Virus record (IMG/VR): IMGVR_UViG_3300021404_000018
Coordinates: 1-50,211 of that record
DNA length: 50,211 nt
Source: a virus
Taxonomy: Duplodnaviria; Caudoviricetes
Strand: one strand, 5' to 3'
The notes under the pieces were generated by a model that had not been told where the DNA came from, did no database searches, and saw only the letters and a list, made by a program, of their open reading frames with translations. The translations under genes and the position numbers were made by a program. Positions 43,874 to 50,211 of this stretch are shown in pieces (position 1 is the first letter of the stretch; each line of letters opens with the position of its first letter).

Positions 43874-44965
43874 TTATGCAACCCACTTGGTGTATTCGTA
43901 TGTGTCAACATCATTGTAACAATCTTCACAAGCGTAAGGAGTATGTTTGTCGATGTGGTGGCCCATCACCTTGATGAACTCACCCCAATTTTGACCGTTC
44001 GCACCGCAAAAGCAGCAGCCTTCTTGCACCATCTGGCTGAAAGCGTCTTTCTTCAGGACCTTGCCACTGATGTCCTTGTACGGAGGACGAAACTTCTTAG
44101 TCGAAGGGCGGGCCATAAAAGGGATTTCGTTGTCCATGTAGTCGCCATAGGCGTAGTCGGTGGAACGAGTGTCCTTCACACCACGCCAGACGGTCGTTGA
44201 ACCCCAGTTCGCGGAGTGCCAGGTCTGGCCTTTCATCTCCACCCGCTCGGGGCTGTCGAACTGTGTCGCGATGGACTTGGGGATTTTCCACGAGTAGTGA
44301 GTGTCCGCCGTGACACTGAAGATGCCGGTGGCACCCTCCTCGGCGGGGATGAACATCTCCTTGTTCCGGCGCGACATAACGTATTCGAGCATCTTCGCTT
44401 CAGACGCCCAGATCAAAGTGCAGCGATCCTTACTGTAGCAGTAGTGCAAGGGGCGAGCGGAGTTGCGCAGGAAGTTCAGGGTGCCGTCCCGTTTGTCGTA
44501 CCAGATCAGGGCCCAAGCGCCGGCGATGATCTCCAGCGTGGCCTTGGCACCGATATCGTTAATCGATGCGAAGATGGCCTCGCTGTCCGTGCCGTACTTC
44601 TCATAGTCCTTGAGCCGCTTCAAGGCCCAGGAGTCGAGGGTGCCGTTGTGCATCCCCACGACATGGCTGAACTTGAACGGGTGGGCGTTAGCCTCGTTCT
44701 TCTCGCCCACGGTGGCGTAGCGGTTGTGGCCGAACAGAGCCTTGACCGAATTGTTCGTCGCGGTCATCTTGTCATACGCCGCTGTGGCGAACAGCTCGAA
44801 CGGATTGCCCGGCCTCTTGGCCAGCTCAAAGATGTCCTTCTCGCGGCTGATCGAGGCTGCGCCGGTGGAGTGCGTACCACGAACGCTGTCCACCATCAAC
44901 AGTTCAGTGAAAAGGTCTTTCCAGGTGAGGTTGCAGTCGCCTGCAATGCCGACTAGTCCGCACAT
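43874..44965 (-). CDS. Class II (Ntn) glutamine amidotransferase with a C-terminal Zn finger
   Basis: MCGLVG (Cys2), RG.HSTG, GHNRYAT, HNGT, TDSE; CCFCG...CEDC. Confidence 0.92.
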   Translation of the reverse strand: MCGLVGIAGDCNLTWKDLFTELLMVDSVRGTHSTGAASISREKDIFELAKRPGNPFELFATAAYDKMTATNNSVKALFGHNRYATVGEKNEANAHPFKFSHVVGMHNGTLDSWALKRLKDYEKYGTDSEAIFASINDIGAKATLEIIAGAWALIWYDKRDGTLNFLRNSARPLHYCYSKDRCTLIWASEAKMLEYVMSRRNKEMFIPAEEGATGIFSVTADTHYSWKIPKSIATQFDSPERVEMKGQTWHSANWGSTTVWRGVKDTRSTDYAYGDYMDNEIPFMARPSTKKFRPPYKDISGKVLKKDAFSQMVQEGCCFCGANGQNWGEFIKVMGHHIDKHTPYACEDCYNDVDTYEYTKWVA

Positions 44966-45330
44966 TAAAGTTCAGTCCTCAGGTCTTCGAAATAGACGGA
45001 GTAAGGGATATCACCCTTATAGGAAACGACGCCCCACTTACGCACATCACCTTCTTCTTGGTGAATGGCGATTAGTGTACGGGGCAAAGTATTGTCGGCG
45101 TACAGTTTGTTACGCCCCTTCGTGTAAACGATATCGCCGACCTTCGGGATAGGTGGCGGAGCCGGAATGATCTCGTTAATTCGGTTGATGCTAATTGAGT
45201 GCATGAACCGACCAGGAGAGTCACAGTCAATGAAATTGAGCTTCAACGTGTCAAATGAACCCGACTTATCAATATCAGCCACAATGGCATGAAGAATAAC
45301 TTTGTCGCCTACCTTAGGCAGTGGCAACAC
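44965..45330 (-). CDS. Hypothetical protein with two PKVGD (KOW/SH3-like) repeats
   Basis: LPKVGDKV and IPKVGDIV. Confidence 0.65.
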   Translation of the reverse strand: MLPLPKVGDKVILHAIVADIDKSGSFDTLKLNFIDCDSPGRFMHSISINRINEIIPAPPPIPKVGDIVYTKGRNKLYADNTLPRTLIAIHQEEGDVRKWGVVSYKGDIPYSVYFEDLRTEL

Positions 45331-45973
45331 GTTGCGTCTCCTTCTGGTAGTGGCGGATCAGCTCGATGCTGAAGTCCGCAAAACGGGAGCCGGGGATGTA
45401 TTCGGGATGTCCCTGAATGCAAAGAGTGGACGTCTTGGGGTACCAGACGATCTCCGTGTCCTTGTGGTGATCGTCGTAGCGGAACTCGGGGAAGTGAGCA
45501 CGTTCGGCGTCCTTCCGCGTGGCAACATCAGCATAGCCCAGCACGACGCCCTCAACACTGGGGCGCATCATCTGGTGGTGCGTTGACGTCACCTCCATCT
45601 GCTCGCCTGTGGGCAGGAACGTCATGAGGTGCGACTGGCCGTGATTGTTCACGTCCTGCCACAGCGTGCCGCCGTTGAGACAGTTGAGAAGCTGAGCCCC
45701 ACGGCAAATCCCCACCTTGAGAACGGCTGGGTCGTGGAACTTGGTGAACACACCGATCTCAGTGGTGTCCCGCTGAGACTGTTCTTCGGGAATGAAACGG
45801 CTGATGGGCTTCTCGCCGTAAATCTTAGTGCCGATGTCAGCACCACCGTTGAACACGATCACCTCGGCGAGTTCCGGGTTGTCCACCGAAGTGAAGCCCG
45901 CCTCTTCGAGTAGTTCCTTCATGCCAGGGTCGGCACCGAAGCGAGTGATCGAATGAAAGGTGATGCTAGTCAT
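45314..45973 (-). CDS. Class I glutamine amidotransferase (peptidase C26 / PuuD-like)
   Basis: GGADI, GICRGAQ (Cys nucleophile), STHHQ, QGHPE (His-Glu); start reassigned. Confidence 0.9.
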   Translation of the reverse strand: MTSITFHSITRFGADPGMKELLEEAGFTSVDNPELAEVIVFNGGADIGTKIYGEKPISRFIPEEQSQRDTTEIGVFTKFHDPAVLKVGICRGAQLLNCLNGGTLWQDVNNHGQSHLMTFLPTGEQMEVTSTHHQMMRPSVEGVVLGYADVATRKDAERAHFPEFRYDDHHKDTEIVWYPKTSTLCIQGHPEYIPGSRFADFSIELIRHYQKETQRVATA

Positions 45974-47000
45974 CATCGTCGAAGTCAGGGAAGTCGTATT
46001 CATCAATGTCCCAATCCGGGGGTTGAGGAGGTTGAACGGGAGCAGCATCGATCTGCTGTGGGAAAACGGGAGGAATGGCATTAAGGTGAACACCACCAGC
46101 CTGCTGATTGGCGATGATCTGAGCCCACGCACCAGCCAAAGGCTGAGGCATAGGATCAACCGCAGGAGCCGCTCCGACCATCTCGTCGTGAATGGCTTGA
46201 TGAAGAGCCTGCCCAGCTTCAATGTCATAAACGTACTTCTTCATCAAACCAGCCTCAGGCGTGAGCCGCTTGCGAGGCTCGGGCTTGGGCTTCAGCTTGA
46301 TGTCAAAAATCTCACCCACCTGACTGTCAGTCAGACGAGCCAACTTGTAGTGAAGATCAGACTTGCCCCAAATCACATTGGCTGGTGTTGTGTTCCAAGG
46401 TGCGTCCCTGAAACTCTTCACCGTCAGATCGGGTGAACCGGCTAGCAGTTTGTGCCAGTCGGCAGCCGGATCGAACCAGAAATGATTGTGGCACGGGAAC
46501 TCGCGCTCCTTCTTGAAGGGCTTGCCAGCCGTGCTGTACGACAGCAGAAAAGAAAAGAACTCCGGATAGCCCTCTTTGACCAGCTCTCTCCAACGCTCGA
46601 AGAGATACGGATACTCGATGGGCACACGGCTAGCAATGCAGAAGTTGAACAAGACATTCGCCGGCCACTTGTCCAGGTGATCCACCTGAATGTAGTAGTC
46701 GTGTTTGTGCTTCTTCAAAGTGATGAGATCGCCGAACGCCCTGAACGGGCCGTGGATGAGCATCCGAATGTAACGTATACTGATCTCGTCGCGCATCGGC
46801 ATGGCTGTGACCAGATGATCATAACCAGCACTGTGGAACCGCATGTCGGCGTGGCACACGGACGCGAGCCGAAGTTTCGGGGGAATGCCCGTATCTTCAG
46901 ACCAAACAAACCAAGACGAGGGAGCAAGGTCCGTCAAGCTTGGGTAAGAAGCGATTAGTTGAAGTAACTCTTTCTCGGGGGGATTGATTTCGTCTGCCAA
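45966..47000 (-). CDS. Hypothetical protein (344 aa), first gene of the ligase operon
   Basis: TTG start with an AAGAAGG RBS downstream of the promoter; Pro-rich and acidic C-terminus. Confidence 0.8.
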   Translation of the reverse strand: MADEINPPEKELLQLIASYPSLTDLAPSSWFVWSEDTGIPPKLRLASVCHADMRFHSAGYDHLVTAMPMRDEISIRYIRMLIHGPFRAFGDLITLKKHKHDYYIQVDHLDKWPANVLFNFCIASRVPIEYPYLFERWRELVKEGYPEFFSFLLSYSTAGKPFKKEREFPCHNHFWFDPAADWHKLLAGSPDLTVKSFRDAPWNTTPANVIWGKSDLHYKLARLTDSQVGEIFDIKLKPKPEPRKRLTPEAGLMKKYVYDIEAGQALHQAIHDEMVGAAPAVDPMPQPLAGAWAQIIANQQAGGVHLNAIPPVFPQQIDAAPVQPPQPPDWDIDEYDFPDFDDDD

Positions 47001-47050
47001 TTAATGGCCTTCTTTGACGGAGTTGACTCAATCTCTAACATCAAAGGAAG

Positions 47051-47080
47051 ATATGTAATGATATGTAATGATAAGTAGTG
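47051..47080. repeat. Tandem 10-mer x3 (ATATGTAATG, ATATGTAATG, ATAAGTAGTG)
   Basis: Read directly; lies in the AT-rich leader. Confidence 0.8.
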
Positions 47081-47117
47081 TTACTTATAGGTATCTCTTA
47101 GGGGACCTCTTAAAGGT

Positions 47118-47145
47118 ATTATAACATGAAATCGGTTGAGGTCAA
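47118..47145 (-). promoter_or_regulatory. Sigma70 promoter for the ligase/replication operon
   Basis: TTGACC-16 nt-TATAAT with an extended -10 TG. Confidence 0.75.
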
Positions 47146-47166
47146 CCCCTAAGTCAGCCGCGCCGT

Positions 47167-47613
47167 TTAGGCTGTGGCTTTTTCGGCCGTTTCGGCGCGT
47201 TCCTTGGCCGGCGCCTTTTTGTTGCCGGTGGGGTTCCAGGTCCCGCTGGTGTCGCGCAGGAAGAAGCCCTGATCGCCGCCGCGCGGACGCCCACGACCGA
47301 TCTCGAAGAAGCCGGCCCGTTCGATGGCCGCCATGATCCGCGCCGACGACATCTGGCCGCTGTTCAGCGTCAGGAACGTGAACTTGGGCTTCATCTGCTC
47401 GCCGTTGAAGACCTGGAAGTCCGGTCGAGCGACCTCGCAGGCGTTCTTGATGGACTCGTCGAGTTCCGCGTCGGACATGCCGTTCACGGCCTTGAAACCG
47501 CTCAGGATGGACGCACCGCAGCACAGCGGCCACAGTTGACGCCGCATTTCCGACGGAAAGTCGCCATTGAAGGTGGGACCGAACGTCGAGGGGAGAGCCT
47601 TCTTGGTGGTCAT
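47167..47613 (-). CDS. Hypothetical protein (148 aa, PLCCGA motif)
   Basis: Strong codon bias; ATG overlaps the upstream TGA. Confidence 0.8.
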   Translation of the reverse strand: MTTKKALPSTFGPTFNGDFPSEMRRQLWPLCCGASILSGFKAVNGMSDAELDESIKNACEVARPDFQVFNGEQMKPKFTFLTLNSGQMSSARIMAAIERAGFFEIGRGRPRGGDQGFFLRDTSGTWNPTGNKKAPAKERAETAEKATA

Positions 47614-47720
47614 TGCATGACCCTTTCGATGATAGAGTGGATCAGATGCCATATCAATAGCCATCCAGCGGCAGATAGGGCACCAGCGAGTGTGAGTGAA
47701 AATCCCAAACTACGGAACAT
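47610..47720 (-). CDS. Small membrane peptide (36 aa)
   Basis: Hand translation MFRSLGFSLTLAGALSAAGWLLIWHLIHSIIERVMQ; GGAG RBS and ATGA overlap. Confidence 0.55.
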   Translation of the reverse strand: MFRSLGFSLTLAGALSAAGWLLIWHLIHSIIERVMQ

Positions 47721-47733
47721 AACGTGAACTCCG

Positions 47734-47913
47734 TTATTCAGTTATGGGGAACCAAACATCCTCGTAGTCGTAGAAAACAGCCACGTTGTACATCAGCATA
47801 AGATCAACGTGAGTTCCAAGCCACATGATGTAACTCTTGTGGTCCTTGTGGGACGTGAGGAACTCTTTGAACGACCCGTCAGGCTGCTTGCAGCGGACGA
47901 GTGCGGCGATCAC
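47734..47913 (-). CDS. Small hypothetical protein (59 aa)
   Basis: Hand translation MIAALVRCKQPDGSFKEF...; GTG overlaps the upstream TAG. Confidence 0.6.
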   Translation of the reverse strand: MIAALVRCKQPDGSFKEFLTSHKDHKSYIMWLGTHVDLMLMYNVAVFYDYEDVWFPITE

Positions 47914-48158
47914 TAATAGTCGCCGGAAGAGCCGCCGCCCCCGAAATCACCACCACCGCCTGAGAAGTCGGACGACGACGTGTCAGAGGAAGAGGACGAA
48001 CCGGAGTCGAAGATGGACGCGACAGCCTCACCGACAGCGAAGCCAACAGCGGCGCTCGTTGCCGAGTCACCATCATCGTCATCGTCATCATCTTCGGCGA
48101 GCATGCGCCTCCGATTGAACTCTTCGTCCGTCTCACCAGCACGACGAATAATCATCAC
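47913..48158 (-). CDS. Low-complexity Asp/Ser/Gly peptide ending FSGGGGDFGGGGSSGDY
   Basis: GGAG RBS and GTGA overlap; 81 aa. Confidence 0.75.
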   Translation of the reverse strand: MMIIRRAGETDEEFNRRRMLAEDDDDDDDGDSATSAAVGFAVGEAVASIFDSGSSSSSDTSSSDFSGGGGDFGGGGSSGDY

Positions 48159-48397
48159 TTGATCTCCGTTATGGTCACGTCGTTATTGACGCGGACCTTC
48201 CGCTCTACGCGAACTTCGTAGAGAATGTCACCGTCGTCGAAACGTTTGACGTCTTCGGGACGGATCATGTGTAAGCCGCTGCACTCGTAGTAATCGTCGC
48301 GGCCAGTGGTGTAGAAGATGTCACCACGCTTCATAGGGTCTGGCTTCACGGCGTTCGCCACCTGTTTAGCCGCTTTGTTGAGCTTCTTACCGAGCAT
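48155..48397 (-). CDS. Hypothetical protein (80 aa)
   Basis: ATG at 48397 with an AAGG RBS and TGATG overlap. Confidence 0.7.
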   Translation of the reverse strand: MLGKKLNKAAKQVANAVKPDPMKRGDIFYTTGRDDYYECSGLHMIRPEDVKRFDDGDILYEVRVERKVRVNNDVTITEIK

Positions 48398-48552
48398 CAC
48401 AGTACCTTTCTTGCGATGAGACACAAAAGCCAGATCACATCGTTCTGGAACGACGAACGAGCCCAGTCAGTCCTCGGATCGGGACCACGCTCAATCTGAT
48501 CAAGCTTCAGCCGGACGTACTCTTCCTTGAGTTGTATCGGGTGCTTGGGCAT
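48397..48552 (-). CDS. Small hypothetical protein (51 aa)
   Basis: Hand translation MPKHPIQLKEEYVRL...; TGATG overlaps at both ends. Confidence 0.6.
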   Translation of the reverse strand: MPKHPIQLKEEYVRLKLDQIERGPDPRTDWARSSFQNDVIWLLCLIARKVL

Positions 48553-49181
48553 CACTGCCATCCTGGAGCGTTTATGCGAACCAACGTCCGTTTACAGGCC
48601 TCAGGGAACGGTAAAGACTCGTGAAGAAAGCTCACGTTCCCGATGTACGTTTGATGGGCCTCAAGCTGAACCTCAGCGAGACTAGAAAGATCGACCTCAG
48701 AAGCGTCACCGCCGTCATGAATGGGACCATTGAACTCGCCCACAAATCCACGACAGCCCTGAATGTTAGAAGCAAGGATGATGGCCTCGGGCTCCTCGAA
48801 TGTCGCGTCCTCCCAGCGCTCAGTAGCGGCGCTATGGAAGGGTGAACGCCCAGGAGTATGAACGGGCTCAACGGGAATATGACGTGGTGTGTGACGCCCA
48901 CCGCCACCATTATGCATTGACAGCCCCGCGCTCCAATAGCCATCAATATGCACACCCGGACGGCGCTGAGGCTGTCCCGCCTGAACCACACTCTGATCGA
49001 CCATCAGGTACATGCGTTTACCGGTGTCCACGCCCAGGAGCATCTGATCAACAGTGCTCTGCCAACGCCTCAACTCAATCGGGAGGCGGAGTTCCTTCCA
49101 GAACTCAAGCATGTACACCCGTTCATGGGTGAAATGAGGGAAATGAGTGACGATGTTGCCCTCTTTGACACTTGACAGCAT
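48552..49181 (-). CDS. 2-oxoglutarate/Fe(II) dioxygenase-like protein
   Basis: RPGVHIDG (HxD), LHESLP (distal His), RTLVRI (2OG-binding Arg). Confidence 0.72.
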   Translation of the reverse strand: MLSSVKEGNIVTHFPHFTHERVYMLEFWKELRLPIELRRWQSTVDQMLLGVDTGKRMYLMVDQSVVQAGQPQRRPGVHIDGYWSAGLSMHNGGGGRHTPRHIPVEPVHTPGRSPFHSAATERWEDATFEEPEAIILASNIQGCRGFVGEFNGPIHDGGDASEVDLSSLAEVQLEAHQTYIGNVSFLHESLPFPEACKRTLVRINAPGWQ

Positions 49182-49205
49182 GATAAACCCCTATTTTGAA
49201 TGAAG

Positions 49206-49233
49206 TGAGCAGTTTACTGACATGCTCAGGTCG
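49206..49233 (-). ncRNA. H-type pseudoknot motif, family A copy 3
   Basis: Minus strand GAC-CUGAGC-AU-GUC-AGUAAACU-GCUCA, 24 nt upstream of the dioxygenase ATG. Confidence 0.6.
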
Positions 49234-49326
49234 CACGTTTTAGCGTCTTGCTCGTGACGGCACCGATTTTAAGGCATCTGGTGCGACTACCTATCTACGT
49301 CGGCATTACCCGTTACGTGGCGGGAG

Positions 49327-49710
49327 TTACGCCGCCTTGGCGTTGAACTTGGCGGCCAGGGCCACCTTGGACTGCGCCAGATAGTTCTCGATCTCGGTGG
49401 GCGTGGCCACGTTGGTTTCGACGCAGTGGCCGTTGTGCATGGCCCACCAGTGATGGTTCTGGAGCCAGTTGCGCGTGCCGAAGTGGTACATGTCCACGAC
49501 ACGCTCGCCGACCGTCTTGCCCTCGACGTCGAAGGTCTTGACGCTGATGAACAGGTTGGACGGGCCGTTCGATGTGGGCGGTTCCGGGGCCTTGGCGGTC
49601 GCCGGCGTGGTCGTTTCGGTCTTCTGGGTGGGGATGGTGCTGATCTCAGCGCTCGGGGCGGTGCCCTCGATGGTCGTGGTCGCGCTGGCCTTGACTTGCT
49701 TGGTGGTCAT
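49327..49710 (-). CDS. Hypothetical early protein (~127 aa, Thr/Pro-rich N-terminus)
   Basis: Strong codon bias; start at 49710 or 49722. Confidence 0.8.
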   Translation of the reverse strand: MTTKQVKASATTTIEGTAPSAEISTIPTQKTETTTPATAKAPEPPTSNGPSNLFISVKTFDVEGKTVGERVVDMYHFGTRNWLQNHHWWAMHNGHCVETNVATPTEIENYLAQSKVALAAKFNAKAA

Positions 49711-49829
49711 TTTCGTTTCCATAAACTGGATTGGGATTTTCTTGGCGATAACGGGTCAGCAATGCCCGCTCTTCAAAGCAAGTCAGGTTGGAAGGACCCC
49801 CCTCTTTCCCGACGAAAATATGATGCGTT

Positions 49830-49855
49830 GTGACGCCCAACTGGCGTTGAGCATC
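49830..49855 (-). other. Conserved hairpin, family C copy 2
   Basis: GAUGCUCAAC-GCCA-GUUGGGCGUCAC, with arms identical to 654-682. Confidence 0.6.
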
Positions 49856-49884
49856 TCTGAGCCGTTCTAAGGGCTCTTATTTTG

Positions 49885-50157
49885 TTACTTCTCGGCCTTG
49901 ATGGCGAGATAGTTGGAGAATTCCATTTCACTCTCCCAACGAGTGTAAGGGAACGCCTTGACCACTGCATTCAGGTATTTCCCAATGCTAGGGGCGTGGA
50001 CAAGGTTCTCATAGACCTCCTCGGGAGCCCCGAGATAGGAATACAGTCCACCACTGACGAATTGGACGCCAATGGTTTGTGTGGGTTCGTGGTAGCACAC
50101 CCGAGCCACATTCGAGCTGTCAGGTGTGTCAGTCCACTTCAAATCAGGTTGTGACAT
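49885..50157 (-). CDS. KTSC domain protein
   Basis: SSNVARVCY...VQFVSGGLYSYLGAPEEVY..L..APSIGKYLN; AAGGGGA RBS. Confidence 0.88.
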   Translation of the reverse strand: MSQPDLKWTDTPDSSNVARVCYHEPTQTIGVQFVSGGLYSYLGAPEEVYENLVHAPSIGKYLNAVVKAFPYTRWESEMEFSNYLAIKAEK

Positions 50158-50211
50158 AGCCGTCCCCTTGCTGTTGATAGAGCCCACGCTGACGTGGGTT
50201 CGACAAACAGT
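50064..50211. repeat. Terminal direct repeat, copy 2
   Basis: Matches 1-148 with one mismatch. Confidence 0.93.

Noticed and set aside
47698-49741. 11-bp inverted match GAAAATCCCAA/TTGGGATTTTC
   Set aside because: Short, about 2 kb apart, with one arm inside a small ORF; likely chance.
49768-49778. boxA-like CGCTCTTCAAA
   Set aside because: It is on the plus strand, while local transcription is on the minus strand.

Overview
The window looks like one complete, circularly assembled dsDNA podophage genome of about 50,063 bp: bases 1-148 recur at 50064-50211 with one mismatch. It has two opposed arms. The plus arm (3.2-27.1 kb) holds the terminase genes, a P22-like portal, scaffold, coat, gp4 and gp10 set, LamG and SPRY tail appendages, three ejection proteins and a lysis cassette with an embedded o-spanin. 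The minus arm (2.8 kb, through the origin, down to 27.2 kb) holds small early genes in RNA-structure-rich spacers. It also carries a phiEco32/LUZ24-type cluster of two glutamine amidotransferases and three peptide/amide ligases, ThyX, T7-like primase-helicase, DNA polymerase A, SSB and endonuclease I, purine dNTP hydrolases and a class II (B12) ribonucleotide reductase. I recognised no RNA polymerase, integrase, repressor, tRNA or CRISPR array. Transcription appears to use host sigma70 promoters, so the phage is probably lytic, with a Gram-negative host (spanins). The most notable observations are: (i) repeated, covarying RNA structure families in the early region, plus a 30-bp long-range helix that exactly encloses one ORF; (ii) a gp10-like tail hub split into two genes around a lectin-domain gene, with repeated putative docking strands; (iii) the five-enzyme amide-ligase operon; (iv) an unannotated ArfA-like peptide; (v) an HNH gene that seems to have taken over the primase start. 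All calls come from manual motif recognition; no database searches were run.
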